The notes below the pieces were generated by a model that searched no databases, was not told the DNA's origin, and saw only the letters and a program-made list of their open reading frames with translations. Positions 28,472-40,300 of a stretch of 64,000 bases of DNA are shown piece after piece. Each line of letters begins with the position of its first letter. Position 1 is the first letter of the stretch. The stretch comes from an uncultured cyanobacterium (GTDB lineage Bacteria; Cyanobacteriota; Cyanobacteriia; Pseudanabaenales; Pseudanabaenaceae), in the NCBI GenBank assembly GCA_963703315.1, contig OY969811.1, positions 2,656,001-2,720,000 of the forward strand. The letters are read 5' to 3'. The position numbers were made by a program, and so were the translations under genes.

Positions 28472-30843
28472 TAGGTGACTGATGCAAGCCAAGCTTTTAG
28501 ATCGTTAGGTACAGTCGTAAAGTGAACGTAAGTTTGTTTAATATCGGGCGATCGCGGTGTTTGCGGAATCGTGGCAATCACTAACTTGTTCTCTAACACT
28601 AAAGATTCAGAAACTACTTGGTCTAAAGCTACTTGGTTCGGTTGTTGATGCTTTAAAACTTTGGCATAGATTTCCCCTTCAATCTCTTGCTGTTGCGATT
28701 GGTCATAGACTTTTAAATGGAGTTTGAGATTAGTTAAAACAGGAATATCCTGATTAGAAAACATTTCCGCACCATATAGAGATATACGCCGCAATTCCCC
28801 TGAAAATATCTCCGTACCTAGATGCTTCTCTTCTAAAATACGATAGGTAATTGTAATCGGTGTGGCTAATACTTGTAGAGATTCACTGAGAGAAGGAAGT
28901 TCTAAATCGTATTTTCCGTCAATGCCACAAATATCGTAAATTGCAATCGGTTGTGATACACCTTTCGGTTCGACCTGCATCGAACCATTGACTTTGGCGA
29001 TATGCTGCACTTCTGAGTATGTGGTTTCGGAAATAAGAATCTGTCCACCTACGGTGTAAGATTCAATTCGGGCGGTGAGGTTAACGTGATTACCAACAAC
29101 GGCATATTTAGCACGGGATTGCGAACCAATATTACCTGCGACGACTTCGCCTGTGTTAATCCCGATTCCCATCGCAATTTCTGGTAATTGGAGTTGGGCA
29201 AGCTTTTCATTTACCGATCGCATGGCTAACTGCATCGCGATCGCACTAGCAACGGCACGCTCAGCATCATCTTCACGATAGATCGGCGCACCAAATAGAA
29301 CTAGAATCGCATCGCCAATAAATTCATCGATTGTGCCTTCATAGGTGGCGATCGCCTCAGTCATCGCTCCCAAAAAAACATTGAGAATTTCGACTACTTT
29401 TTCTGGCGGCATCTTTTCGGAAATCGTAGAAAAGCCGCGTAGGTCACACATCAAAATCGTGACTTTGCGGCGCTCGCCCCCCAATTGCAACCCTTCAGGT
29501 GTTTCTAGTAAACTCTTGACCACCGCATCCGTCAAATAGCGACTGAAATAAGTACGGATTTGCGCCGCCGTAATTGCTAAATAACTAGTAACGATCGCGC
29601 CACTACCGATAAAAGCAATTAATGCAGGGACAAAAGGAAGCCACCAGCCGTAAACTAAGGCAAATAAGCAAGATGCAAATAAACTGCCCCCCACCGTCAC
29701 AACACTGAGCGATCGCAGCAATAGCACTTGAATCTCGCGATCCTTAGTCTTGACATTGCGCCATTGCCAAATTAATAGTGATCCAGCTAGTGACCAACCA
29801 AAAATCCACAGCCATTCCCAATATTCTTCCCATGACTGAATGCGACTTCGTCCATCAAGGGCACTGCTAAGGATGTGACTGACCATCTGGGCGTGAACTT
29901 CAACTCCTGATGTCAAAATGCGATCGCTGCCGATGCCACTATCGAGGGGAGTGAAAAACCAATCCCGCAAACTTATTGCCGTTGTCCCAATCATCACCAC
30001 GCGATCGCGCAATAGATCTGGTGCGATTTTCCCTTCTAAAACATCTGCCATTCGCACGATCTGAAAGCCTTTAAGCGATCGGCGATAGTTAATAATAAAT
30101 TGATGTCCTCCCCCATCAATTTGACTATAGCCCCCATCGTTTTGACGCAGTAATGGAGGCTGTAGGGCTTGTTCAAAGGGAATCGTCTTTTCCCCATCTA
30201 AATACAAAAAAGATAGCTGTAGACTTAAACTCAGAGCGACTTTGCCATCGGGTAAAGTCATAGATAGTACGCCTCGGCGCATCCGTCCATCGGCATCAAG
30301 GGGAAAATTAACGATCCCAATTTGTCCTAAAGCAGCGAGAGCAGGTGGCGGTTGAATATCGGAAACTGAGAAATTTGAGGATACTAAATCAGGTATTTTG
30401 TAAATTCCAACCAAATTGGGTGTGGTTTTAAAGATCTTTTCTAATTGTGGATAACTAGTACCAACTGTTTTGTCACGGACAAGGTCTAAGCCGATCGCCC
30501 TCGGTTTTTGTTGACGGACTTTATCTAATAAGTTGGCAAGTAAAGCGTCATCAATTGGCCATCTGTATTGGCGCACATCCGCTTCATCAATACCAATAAT
30601 CACAATCCGACGATCTTCAGGCTCAGGCGATCGCCACCGAAAAAACTGGTCGAGCATCGCCACTTCGCTAGATTCAAGCGCCCCAATCAGTCTTAGCCCA
30701 ATCACTAATAACGAAATTGATGGTGCAGCGATCGCAATACCACGCCATTTCCAGAGAATATTTTTTAATTTAGATCTAATTGCCATGTTTGATACCGTAA
30801 GAAAATGCAGTGTGCTATGTTTTGCACGGCACACTGCACTCAA
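28471..30843 (-). CDS. CHASE2-domain class III nucleotidyl cyclase (Cya2-like, probable guanylyl cyclase)
   Basis: CHASE2 RIVIIGIDE, PRAIGLD, GVEVHAQ; 3 TM segments; MCDLRGFS, TIDEFIGDAI, VNLTARIES; true start may be at MAIRSKL. Confidence 0.9.
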   Translation of the reverse strand: MSAVCRAKHSTLHFLTVSNMAIRSKLKNILWKWRGIAIAAPSISLLVIGLRLIGALESSEVAMLDQFFRWRSPEPEDRRIVIIGIDEADVRQYRWPIDDALLANLLDKVRQQKPRAIGLDLVRDKTVGTSYPQLEKIFKTTPNLVGIYKIPDLVSSNFSVSDIQPPPALAALGQIGIVNFPLDADGRMRRGVLSMTLPDGKVALSLSLQLSFLYLDGEKTIPFEQALQPPLLRQNDGGYSQIDGGGHQFIINYRRSLKGFQIVRMADVLEGKIAPDLLRDRVVMIGTTAISLRDWFFTPLDSGIGSDRILTSGVEVHAQMVSHILSSALDGRSRIQSWEEYWEWLWIFGWSLAGSLLIWQWRNVKTKDREIQVLLLRSLSVVTVGGSLFASCLFALVYGWWLPFVPALIAFIGSGAIVTSYLAITAAQIRTYFSRYLTDAVVKSLLETPEGLQLGGERRKVTILMCDLRGFSTISEKMPPEKVVEILNVFLGAMTEAIATYEGTIDEFIGDAILVLFGAPIYREDDAERAVASAIAMQLAMRSVNEKLAQLQLPEIAMGIGINTGEVVAGNIGSQSRAKYAVVGNHVNLTARIESYTVGGQILISETTYSEVQHIAKVNGSMQVEPKGVSQPIAIYDICGIDGKYDLELPSLSESLQVLATPITITYRILEEKHLGTEIFSGELRRISLYGAEMFSNQDIPVLTNLKLHLKVYDQSQQQEIEGEIYAKVLKHQQPNQVALDQVVSESLVLENKLVIATIPQTPRSPDIKQTYVHFTTVPNDLKAWLASVT

Positions 30844-30867
30844 TAGATCATTGGCTTTGACAAAGTA

Positions 30868-31686
30868 TCACTTTGTCTTAATAAAAGAATATGGTAGAAC
30901 GCGATCAAGCTTAGCGGATTTCAAAAGAGAAATCCATGTGTCATCAATTTCAGCATTGTAACAACCACCTTGTTTTACCTCAGCTAAAGTTTGGATCGCA
31001 TCAAACCAAATGCCTTCTTTTGCTAATAGGGCAGCCCGATCAATCGGCTGAATAGTATTTACGAGTTGTGCAACTAACTGAGAGCTAGGAGCAACGCGCC
31101 GCAAGGCACTTTGAACCTTGCTATTGGCGGTTAACTCATTCACTTCAAATTCCCATATATAGTTTTTACCAAGCTCCAATTTTGGGGCATCATCAGGCAG
31201 TTTAAAAGCAATGATGCCTGCTTTCTCTTTAATCCGAAAGGAAGTGCGATAAATACGTTTACCTGCCTTTAAATCATTGTCTGGTGAAATATCGGTTTCA
31301 TAAAGACGAAAATCTGCCTTGCCATCTACTTTGGGGATGAGGAAGTACATAGTCGGACGCTCAGAAATAGTCTGAGGTACGGGTGCAGCTTGCAATATCA
31401 AATCAGGTACTAACCCAATTAAACAATTTGTTCCATCAGTACTACAACCTGCGCTACGAGTAGCCCCTGGCACTGAGACTCTCAGTACACCATTACTGGG
31501 TGGATTATAAAGTGTGCGTGACTGCGCTTGACTGGCAGAGGTGAATACAAAAAGTGGGACAGCAGTTGCTGTACTTGCGAGTAAGCAAGCACTAGCGGAT
31601 GCCACTAACAGCTTTTTCGAGAAAAACATAATGCGATCGCCTCCAGAAAAAGTTATCTTTAAAACTAAGAATGCAACTATTATCAA
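30868..31686 (-). CDS. DUF928 family exported protein
   Basis: Signal-peptide-like N-terminus, GATR..C, QTISERPT, LELGKNYIWEF, AKEGIWFDAI, WISLLKSAKL. Confidence 0.85.
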   Translation of the reverse strand: MIIVAFLVLKITFSGGDRIMFFSKKLLVASASACLLASTATAVPLFVFTSASQAQSRTLYNPPSNGVLRVSVPGATRSAGCSTDGTNCLIGLVPDLILQAAPVPQTISERPTMYFLIPKVDGKADFRLYETDISPDNDLKAGKRIYRTSFRIKEKAGIIAFKLPDDAPKLELGKNYIWEFEVNELTANSKVQSALRRVAPSSQLVAQLVNTIQPIDRAALLAKEGIWFDAIQTLAEVKQGGCYNAEIDDTWISLLKSAKLDRVLPYSFIKTK

Positions 31687-31982
31687 AAAGTTGCTATGGA
31701 TATTCGACTGAGATATTTCCCCAAGTTCAAATTTGAAAGCAAAGACTTTGTACTTTCGGTCAAATGACTAGGGGCGTTTGCCTTGCACCCATTCTGCTTT
31801 CTCTTTGGCACGGTAAAGCGTATTATAGTCGTTAGAAAAGTTTATTTAAGTTATTACAAAATTACAAAGTTATGGATATTTTGTCACTAGGTTGGTTTGG
31901 TGTACTGGCTATATTTACCTTGTCGATCGCTTTTGTGGTGTGGGGACGTAACGGACTCTAGATTTACAGCACTAAAACCAAA

Positions 31983-32157
31983 CCCAATTTTTAAAAGCGC
32001 CGCTTCGCGGCGCTTTTAAAAATTGGGCTGCTAATAAAAAACAGCGCTTAGCGCGTTTCCCAATCTAGTGAAGTACGGGTTTGTTTCCCCGCCGAAGGCG
32101 GGGAAACAAACCCCTGCACCTCGCTTGCTTGAAAAGCGCTATAGCGCTGTTTTTTAT
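31983..32157. repeat. Cluster of hairpins including one nested element
   Basis: Hairpin 31983-32027; outer arms ATAAAAAACAGCGCT (32034-32048) / AGCGCTGTTTTTTAT (32143-32157) enclose an inner inverted-repeat element with hairpin GGGTTTGTTTCCCCGCC-GAA-GGCGGGGAAACAAACCC. Confidence 0.8.
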
Positions 32158-32165
32158 GCTGTTTG

Positions 32166-34640
32166 TTATTGCGACTCACCAATTAAAGTAAAAGCTGCCC
32201 AGTTTAGAGGATCTGGGTACTTAGCTTTAGTGGCAAGCATCGCCTGACGTAGAGCTTGTGCCTTATCAGGATTTTCTTGAAACTTTTTGTAGAAGGTGGT
32301 CATGAGCATTGCGGTGGGATCATCAGGGACTGACCATAAAGATACGACTACGCTCGGAACCCCTGCCGTAATGAGCGATCGCGATAAGCCGATTACCCCA
32401 TCACCTGTTAATAAGCCCTGTCCAGTCTTGCAAGCACTGAGTACCACCATCTCCGCATTCAGCCGCATCGCAATAATTTCGCTAGCTGTCAAAAAGCCAT
32501 CATCGGTTTGACCATCGGTTTTACTCGGTGCAAGGGCGATCGCCCCCGGAATGTCGCCTTTACGATATTCCTCTAACAAACCGTGAGTTGCTAAGTGGAT
32601 AAATCTTGCAGATTTCATTTTTTCGACTACTTCCACTTTGGTAGCTTGATCACCCTTTAAAAAAGTGGTGTTTAGCAGAGTGGCGATATCCTTAGCTTCT
32701 TTTTCTGCTCCTAGTAAAGATGATAATTGCCTCGGTGGATTGCCCAGACTCGGCATGGTGGGATTGCCAACGATCAGAATCTCTTGCAAATTAACTTTTT
32801 GGACTTGCTGACGGATTTGGTGAGTCAGGTCGAGAACCTGAATCGCGGGAGCAATTTGCACTGTATATTTATCGATCAGAAATTTATCTTGAGAATCGAT
32901 GAGTGCGGCAAATGGAACTAGAAAAAGTATTGATTGAGGCAAGAAAATTACTCTGGTATTAGCATCCTTCGGTAGCAATTCCTGAATCGGCTGGATCAGA
33001 ATATGATGGAGTTGCTTCAGTTCTTTATATTTAGCGACTACATCTTTAGGATTTGTCTCAATGGAGCCAGCATCATTAAATAATCCTCTTATATCGGCGA
33101 TCAGATCAATGATCGGCGTATCCACCAAATCAACGATGGGCGTATTTAGTTTAGTCAAATCAACTTCCCGAAAGGCGATCGCCCCTGATGGCTGGATTAC
33201 CCAAATATATAGTTTGATATATTCGCCTTTGAGCTTTCCCTGTCCAATAAAACTGGGATTGGCAATCAGAGAATATTCCACCATTACCGCCTTCTGTTGT
33301 TGAGCAATCCGACGAATATCGGCAATATTGACCGACGGTAAATCTGTAACTTTGCGATCGCTTTTTAATTCTGATTTGGATACTGAACTGGAGTTAAGGC
33401 GGAGAGAGAGCAGTTCTGCAAAGGCACGGGCGCGTCCACGCTCCGCAATTTCTAAGGCTACTTCAGGCTTGCCTTGAGCCACCATAATCTGCTGAAGGAG
33501 ATTAAACGCATGAAGTTGGGTATCAAAAATAGAAACCTTATCGTTATCACTTAAATTAGACCTCAAGGATTCTAATAGTTTCAGGCTAGCAAGAAATTTT
33601 TGTTCGGCTTCGGCATACTTTTGCGATCGCCACAATGTATATCCCCAATTGCTCAAAGTTTGTGCTTCCAGTTTGCGATCGCCAATTTGCTGAGCTAGTT
33701 GCCAACTTTTTTCTTGCAAAGCTAAAGCTTGATCATATTTTTCCAAAAATACAGAGGCTAATCCCAAACCACCGATTGCGGCTCCTTCAATTTGGGGATT
33801 TTTGATTTCCTTGGCAATTACTAAAGCGCGTTCATAATAGGCGATCGCTTCTTGGTAATTACCCTGAACGTGAGCGAAAGAACCAATATTATTGAGGGCA
33901 TTCCCTTCAGCGATGCGAAAGCCAATTTTCTGAGCAATCGTCAAGCTTTGTTTGTAATAGGCGATCGCTTCTTGATATTCTTCTCTAGCTCCAGCGATTC
34001 CTCCTAAATTATTAAGTAAGAGAACTACACCTTCTTCATTACCAACGGATTTAGCAATTTCAAGACTTTGAAGATAGAAAGCATTAGCTTTACCATAGTT
34101 ACCAAGATCATAGTGAATACTACCGAGACTAGCCAGAACCTGTCCTTCTCTTCGGCGATTACCTAAGTCATGCCAAATTGTGCGACTTTGATTCTGCGAT
34201 TCTAGAGCCTTGTCATAGTTACCAATAATGCGATAGGTATTGCCCAGATTACCTAATGCAGATGCTTCGGTTGGGCGATCGTTGAGACTTTGTGCTAAAG
34301 CTAATAATTGCTGCGAGTAGGCGAGCGCTTGTTTGTATTCACCCAGCATTTTCGATGCTTGTGCTAGCCCTTCCAAAGCAGCCATCTCACCCTTGCGATT
34401 TTGTTGCTGTTGATAGAGTTGAAGGGCTTGCTGCCAAATTTCGATCGCCAGATCAAACTTTTGTAAGGCAAATTGCTGTACACCGTTTTGAATCAGTTCA
34501 TCTGCTGATAATCGAGTTTCGGGAATGGGAATTGTCGGATTGTTACTTCCTCCTGATGCCAGAGCCGAAATTGGATTTATTAAGCCAATTTCTAATAAAA
34601 TGACGATTAAAGCGGCGATCGCAAGGTCTTTCGTTTTCAT
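32166..34640 (-). CDS. Exported TPR-CHAT (caspase-like) protease
   Basis: Signal peptide, about 8 TPRs, ERGRARAF, catalytic IHLATHG and VVLSACKTG, VVVSLWSV, WAAFTLIG. Confidence 0.92.
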   Translation of the reverse strand: MKTKDLAIAALIVILLEIGLINPISALASGGSNNPTIPIPETRLSADELIQNGVQQFALQKFDLAIEIWQQALQLYQQQQNRKGEMAALEGLAQASKMLGEYKQALAYSQQLLALAQSLNDRPTEASALGNLGNTYRIIGNYDKALESQNQSRTIWHDLGNRRREGQVLASLGSIHYDLGNYGKANAFYLQSLEIAKSVGNEEGVVLLLNNLGGIAGAREEYQEAIAYYKQSLTIAQKIGFRIAEGNALNNIGSFAHVQGNYQEAIAYYERALVIAKEIKNPQIEGAAIGGLGLASVFLEKYDQALALQEKSWQLAQQIGDRKLEAQTLSNWGYTLWRSQKYAEAEQKFLASLKLLESLRSNLSDNDKVSIFDTQLHAFNLLQQIMVAQGKPEVALEIAERGRARAFAELLSLRLNSSSVSKSELKSDRKVTDLPSVNIADIRRIAQQQKAVMVEYSLIANPSFIGQGKLKGEYIKLYIWVIQPSGAIAFREVDLTKLNTPIVDLVDTPIIDLIADIRGLFNDAGSIETNPKDVVAKYKELKQLHHILIQPIQELLPKDANTRVIFLPQSILFLVPFAALIDSQDKFLIDKYTVQIAPAIQVLDLTHQIRQQVQKVNLQEILIVGNPTMPSLGNPPRQLSSLLGAEKEAKDIATLLNTTFLKGDQATKVEVVEKMKSARFIHLATHGLLEEYRKGDIPGAIALAPSKTDGQTDDGFLTASEIIAMRLNAEMVVLSACKTGQGLLTGDGVIGLSRSLITAGVPSVVVSLWSVPDDPTAMLMTTFYKKFQENPDKAQALRQAMLATKAKYPDPLNWAAFTLIGESQ

Positions 34641-34649
34641 AGGAGTAGG

Positions 34650-37277
34650 TTACTCCTTACATAGTGGCAGATTAGAACGATTAGAATTTTGGGCTGTGCG
34701 TGTTGGCAACGTAGGCAAAGATGCCGTGATCGTCAAAAGTGGTTTCTTTGTCCTTGTCGGTTCGCAGTCTTTCACTTGACTAGCATTTGCCTGTAAGTCA
34801 GCCGTTCGAGCAGCTTGAATTGCTGAAGAATTATTCACTGTTGTATTATTCGCAATCTGAGTTGTTGATGGATTATTCGCAGTCAAGGTTCCAGTTCCGC
34901 CGTTATTACTACCTAGATTCAAATTAGAACTAAAGGACTGGTCAGAAACTAACACAAAAACATTGGGGGGAATCGAAGAGACACCTTGAGAAATAGCACC
35001 ATTTGTGCCACTTGTACCTGCGGCGATCGCCTGTGGATAAACTGAAAAGGTCGTGTCTTGGAGAATGGTGATAGAAATAATTGGGATGCCACTTCCTGCG
35101 ATCGTGCGCGGAGCCGCATCCCCCGGTAAAGTAAGCTGAACACTACGGACAGGTATTGACGTAAATGTTCCAGCAGGATCGGTTGTAAAGGCTGCATAGG
35201 CAATCAAACTAGTAGGATTCTGTTGACCGTTGTTCACAAAACCTGTTGCATCGCCAACATTAACAAAATTAGCATTGAAAGATAAAGGATTAATCGCAGT
35301 AAATCTTTGAGCGGTAATTGTAATCTTGCCATCATTACTCGCATTGTTAGCAGTGCCAGCTTGAATGAAACCATCAAGCAGAATGGAACCATTATTGGCT
35401 CTTAGCTCTACATTAGAACCTATAGCGGAAATTGATTTAATGGAACCAGTGGAAATATTACCATTGGTACTGACGATAGAGACATTGCTTGCTTCGATTG
35501 CAGGAGTGAAAAAATTATTTCCCTGTGAAGCGATCGCAATGTTACCCGTAGCAGTTAGGCTAACTAACGGGTCACCACCATTATTGCCAAGCCTACCAGC
35601 AATGTTCATGTTTCCCGCCGTAAAACTAATCGCACCATTATTTGTGATAACACTCACTCCAGAAGCAACAGTCAAGGTATTTCCCGCCGTAACTGTCAGC
35701 CCCACACCATTATTATTGAAGAAAACACTGTTATTGAAGGTGATATTGTTCGATGCTACAAGCGTCACATTGGCAAGTGCATTTGCAATTGTGGCAGGAT
35801 CGATCGTAAAAGTATTGGTAATATCGGCTCCATTAGATACATTTAGCAATGTTGCTCCACCTCCATTTGCCACAATAATGTCAAATGGATCGAGCAGCCA
35901 ATTGCCTGCGTTACCATTAACAGCCGAAGCATCAACGGAAGCATTTTGGACGTTGAGATGATTTTTGCCAGAGGTTTCGACAAAGCCTCCATTACCGCCA
36001 TTCATGCCACCACGCACGGAGATGTTGCCACTAAAACTAGTTTTGTCATTAGCCCAAGCAATCACCTTACCTCCATCTCCTGTTTGCAGGGCATCAGCTT
36101 GAATAGTAGAAGCATTGTCGATAAAAGTAATTTGGGCGTTGGGAACAATCCCTTTACCCAAATAATCACCACCAATCAATACAGTGCCACCACCGATCGC
36201 CCCTGAAGCATTGAGATTGCCTCCAACTAAGCCAACGCGATCGCCTAAAACATTAATCTCTCCACCTTTGCCAGTGGCGCTAGATACATTGATCGTTCCT
36301 GAAGCGATCGCTGTTCCTGCAACATTAGGAATGGAACTATTCGCCACTAGCACATTGCCTGAGTTATCCACATTTAAGCCTGTCATGCTCTTAAGGGTTG
36401 CGGAACCAGTCAGCAAAGTAGGCAAATCTGTAACCAAAATGGGCGATTGCGCTAATTCATTCTGAGAGGCAATGGGAAGTTCTAAACTCAGCAAACTTCC
36501 TTCAGGTGTAATTTTGACATACTTCCCATTCGGTACTGCGGCGATCGTCACTTTACCTGCGGGTGAAGAGATTGTGCCTGTATTGATGACAAGACCACCG
36601 ACGAGAGTAATACTTTGACCTGTTGTTGTTGTCAAATTACCTGCATTAGCGATCGCTGCTACTGGTTGTTCACTCGAAGTAGAACTAGCAAAGCCAAAAG
36701 CTTGAGGAGTGCCTGTTAAATTGTTGACATCATTAATCCCTGTATGTACACCAAACCAGCCATTACCGACCTGAATTCCATTGGCAGTCGTTGCCGTAAA
36801 AGCCGCAGGAACATTCAAACTCGCATTTGCACCAAAAATAATACCAGCAGGATTTAACAAATAGAGATTAGAATTACCACCTGTAACCTGAATTAATCCA
36901 TTAATTATCGATGGATTACCACCACTCACCCGCGCCAGAATATTCTGAATGCTGGGATTGGACATAAAGTTCGCAATCTGTCCTTGAGTCAAGCCGAACT
37001 GCTGAAAACTGTGAAATAGATTTGCACCTGCTTGTGTACCACCAGAAATATTGAATTGCTGGGGATTATCAGCAGAATTGCCAACGGTAGTACCAAGTTC
37101 GTTGCTGGCTGGAACAACCTGAGCCAGTGCTAGTCCCGCACGCAAAGACTGTGCGCAGAGCAGTCCGACAAGTGCTGAAACAAGGCTGAGAATGGCTTTG
37201 TTGGTAACAGTAACTCGACGCATATTCTCTCCTGGGGGATATGTAAAAAAGAGGGTTCCCACAATGATGATCGCCAT
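34650..37277 (-). CDS. Filamentous-haemagglutinin-family TpsA exoprotein 1
   Basis: TPS domain NLFHSFQQF, NPAGIIFG, GGFVETSGK, WLLDP; likely start at MRRVTV (37223). Confidence 0.9.
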   Translation of the reverse strand: MAIIIVGTLFFTYPPGENMRRVTVTNKAILSLVSALVGLLCAQSLRAGLALAQVVPASNELGTTVGNSADNPQQFNISGGTQAGANLFHSFQQFGLTQGQIANFMSNPSIQNILARVSGGNPSIINGLIQVTGGNSNLYLLNPAGIIFGANASLNVPAAFTATTANGIQVGNGWFGVHTGINDVNNLTGTPQAFGFASSTSSEQPVAAIANAGNLTTTTGQSITLVGGLVINTGTISSPAGKVTIAAVPNGKYVKITPEGSLLSLELPIASQNELAQSPILVTDLPTLLTGSATLKSMTGLNVDNSGNVLVANSSIPNVAGTAIASGTINVSSATGKGGEINVLGDRVGLVGGNLNASGAIGGGTVLIGGDYLGKGIVPNAQITFIDNASTIQADALQTGDGGKVIAWANDKTSFSGNISVRGGMNGGNGGFVETSGKNHLNVQNASVDASAVNGNAGNWLLDPFDIIVANGGGATLLNVSNGADITNTFTIDPATIANALANVTLVASNNITFNNSVFFNNNGVGLTVTAGNTLTVASGVSVITNNGAISFTAGNMNIAGRLGNNGGDPLVSLTATGNIAIASQGNNFFTPAIEASNVSIVSTNGNISTGSIKSISAIGSNVELRANNGSILLDGFIQAGTANNASNDGKITITAQRFTAINPLSFNANFVNVGDATGFVNNGQQNPTSLIAYAAFTTDPAGTFTSIPVRSVQLTLPGDAAPRTIAGSGIPIISITILQDTTFSVYPQAIAAGTSGTNGAISQGVSSIPPNVFVLVSDQSFSSNLNLGSNNGGTGTLTANNPSTTQIANNTTVNNSSAIQAARTADLQANASQVKDCEPTRTKKPLLTITASLPTLPTRTAQNSNRSNLPLCKE

Positions 37278-37340
37278 TGAGAATTCTGTTTTAGAATCGT
37301 TGACTCAACTTGTGAATATTTGATCGCTTTTTAAAAACTG

Positions 37341-40300
37341 CTACTCGCGATTTTTGACTTCTAGTTTGATTACAGGGGATTCGTTTTGGGGTAAGAGTAG
37401 GATCGCGCGATCGCACTCATAACCCCTTCTCAAATTTGGGTCATAACTACGACTGAAGCCAGATTCATAAATACATTCTACCTTTTGCCATTCCCTTTCT
37501 AAACGAGTCAGGGTGTCAGCAGTTAAAGTTAGAGATGTTGTGGTTGTAGTTGTAGGTGTAACTACTACTGGCGCGGCTGGGGGCGCACAACTACTATTCA
37601 AACAAATTAAACCCAGAGTACTATCATTTAATTCGTGGTTTAGCCCGCTTTCCACAACATTGTATTGAGCTAAAGTCAAATTCTGCCCCGCCACATTATT
37701 AAATTGAGCCGCCGAAGCATCAATGCGTTGATTGTCCAGCGCATTATTGCTTAGGGCAATAAATCTACTGGTTTGTCCTGAGAAAGACGTATTGTTGATG
37801 GTTAATCCTGTTAAAGCACTACCAGAATCTTGTATAGATATACCAATATTGCCCCCAGTAATCGTATTATTGCTACCAATTGTCGCCGTAGCACCATTTG
37901 CCATCACTGTACCGCCAATCACTTGCAATCCTACTGAATTATTACTCAGCGTAGAATTTTGGATGTTGAGGGTGAGTTGACGATTGGCTAAGGTGGAATT
38001 ATATTGCGTTTGAACGCCTGCTCTAGTAGAATTCTGCACGGTTACACCATTAACATTTAAAGTGCTTCGACCAGTTCCTGCATCGCCAAAGTTAGGGTCA
38101 AGATTATAGAGGGAAATCCCATACTGATTATTACTCAGCGTGCCGCCAGTAATTTGGGCTGTTCCAGATGTGGTAATTTTCCAAGCTTGAATTCCCGATC
38201 TCGAATTACTGATATTATTATTGTTAACATTAACTGAAGTAGTCCCAGTTACCGAACTAAGCATGATCCCCGTATTCGCATTAGGCGAAGTACCTGCGTT
38301 GGTCTTGATTGCATTTACAAACGTATCACCTGGAACTGACCAAGAAGTATAATCAGAAGCAGAAAGATTATTATTCGCAATCGTGTAGGTAGCGTTATTA
38401 GCAGTGACGGGGTTATGCCAAATACCAAAGAAATAGGATTCAATGGTGTTATTGCTAATATTCGTCCGCGTGCCAAGGGTAGTTGAACTCTGAGGTTGTA
38501 TTTGCACCCCAATTAAGGCACGAGTAATGTAGTTATTGGTAACATCGGCATAGGCGTTCCTTAATAGGTACACTCCGCGTCCGCCGTCAGGAGTATTGCC
38601 TGCTGACATATTATCAAAACGATTATTAGTAATTACATTGCCATCCATTGTCGTAGCAGCGGACGAAAACAGCAGCACCCCAGAACGATTGGTATTAGCA
38701 ATGATATTGTTTTTAACGGTCAAGTTTTGAATAGGGGTGTAGCTTGTCCCATCTGTTCCATTGGCTATCCCTCTAGCCGCATTTACATCTATTCCATTTA
38801 AACTACGTCCGCCAGCTAAAGCAGTATTATCCCCATCAAGTTTAAAACCGTCAATTGTGACATTATTTGCCCTGACCGTAATAATATTGCCATCGGTAAT
38901 ACTATTTGCGGCTGGCACAATGATTGCTTCTGCCCCGCGACTGGTGGCGCTAGAATTACCAGCAGAAACTCCCGCAAAGGGACCATTTAAAGTGACATTA
39001 CTGATAGTATTAGGAATTATTAAATTTTCTTGATAGGTTCCCGCTGCCACATTTACAGTAGTGCCGCCGTTAACTGTGCCAATAGTATCAATGGCATTTT
39101 GAATTGTATTCGCAGGCGGCGCAGCATTAGTATTCACAGAGTTTAGATTGAGAACTAGATTGCTACCTGCTCCCGTTAAACTAATAGTTGAGCCACCAGA
39201 ACGACTAATATAGCGTCCAGTCAGAGTTAGGGTGCGTCCAGCAGTAGCAGAACTAACGCTAGAATTTAAAAAGATATCGCCATTACCACCAGCCCCCCCA
39301 GAAGTCGTAATGGAGACATTGCCAGTTGTTAAATTTGTGAGGATTGTAGCGACTGTTAGAACTGCTGGACTAGCAGTGGTATTGAAATTTGGCGCACCAG
39401 CAATGTTAGAGTCAGCAGTAGTATTGATTGTCAGGTCGCTAGGATCGAGGAGCCAAGTACCATCTTGACCATTGGGAGCTAACGTATTGATTTGGCTACC
39501 ATTAACATCTAAGTTGATCTTTCCAGAAGTTTCTACAAAGCCGCCATCACCACTTTGGGTTCCCCCTCTAGCAAAAATATTGCCGTAGAAACGAGTAGTA
39601 TTATCTGCCCACAAAATTACTTTACCGCCATTGCCATTAGTTAAGGCCTCGGCTTGTATAACGGTATCTTGACTGCCAAAGGTAAACTCGGCATTGGGTA
39701 CGCTACCTTTGCCTTGATAGTCGCCCCCCACCAGCACCGTACCGCCCCCGATCGCCCCTGAAGCATTGAGGTTTGCCGAAATTAGACCAACGCGATCGCC
39801 TAAAACATTAATCTCACCGCCTTTACCAGTGGCGCTAGACACATTGATCGTTCCTGAAGCGATCGCTGTTCCTGCAACATTAGGAATGGAACTATTCGCC
39901 ACTAGTACATTTCCTGAGCTATCCACATTTAAGCCTGTCATATTTTGAAGGGATGCGGAACCAGTCAGCAAAGTAGGCAAATCTGTAACCAAAATCGGCG
40001 ACTGCGCTAATTCATTCTGGGAGGCTATGGGAAGTTCTAAACTTAAGAGACTTCCTTCAGGCGTAATTTTGACATACTTCCCATTTGGTACGGCGGCGAT
40101 TGTCACTTTGCCTGCGGGTGTAGCGATCGTGCCTGTATTGATGACAAGACCACCGACGAGAGTAATACTTTGACCTGTTGTTGTTGTCAAATTACCTGCA
40201 TTAGCGATCGCTGCTACTGGTTGCTCACTCGAAGTAGAACTAGCAAAGCCAAAAGCTTGAGGAGTACCTGTTAAATTGTTGACATCATTAATCCCTGTAT

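Noticed and set aside
32166..34640. CHAT protease as a CRISPR-associated or gasdermin-type defence effector
   Set aside because: It has a signal peptide and no cas or gasdermin gene is nearby; the context is secretion and signalling.
35365..39948. Long plus-strand ORFs opposite the TpsA genes
   Set aside because: Antisense shadows of Gly/Asn/Thr-rich coding sequence with no recognisable motifs.
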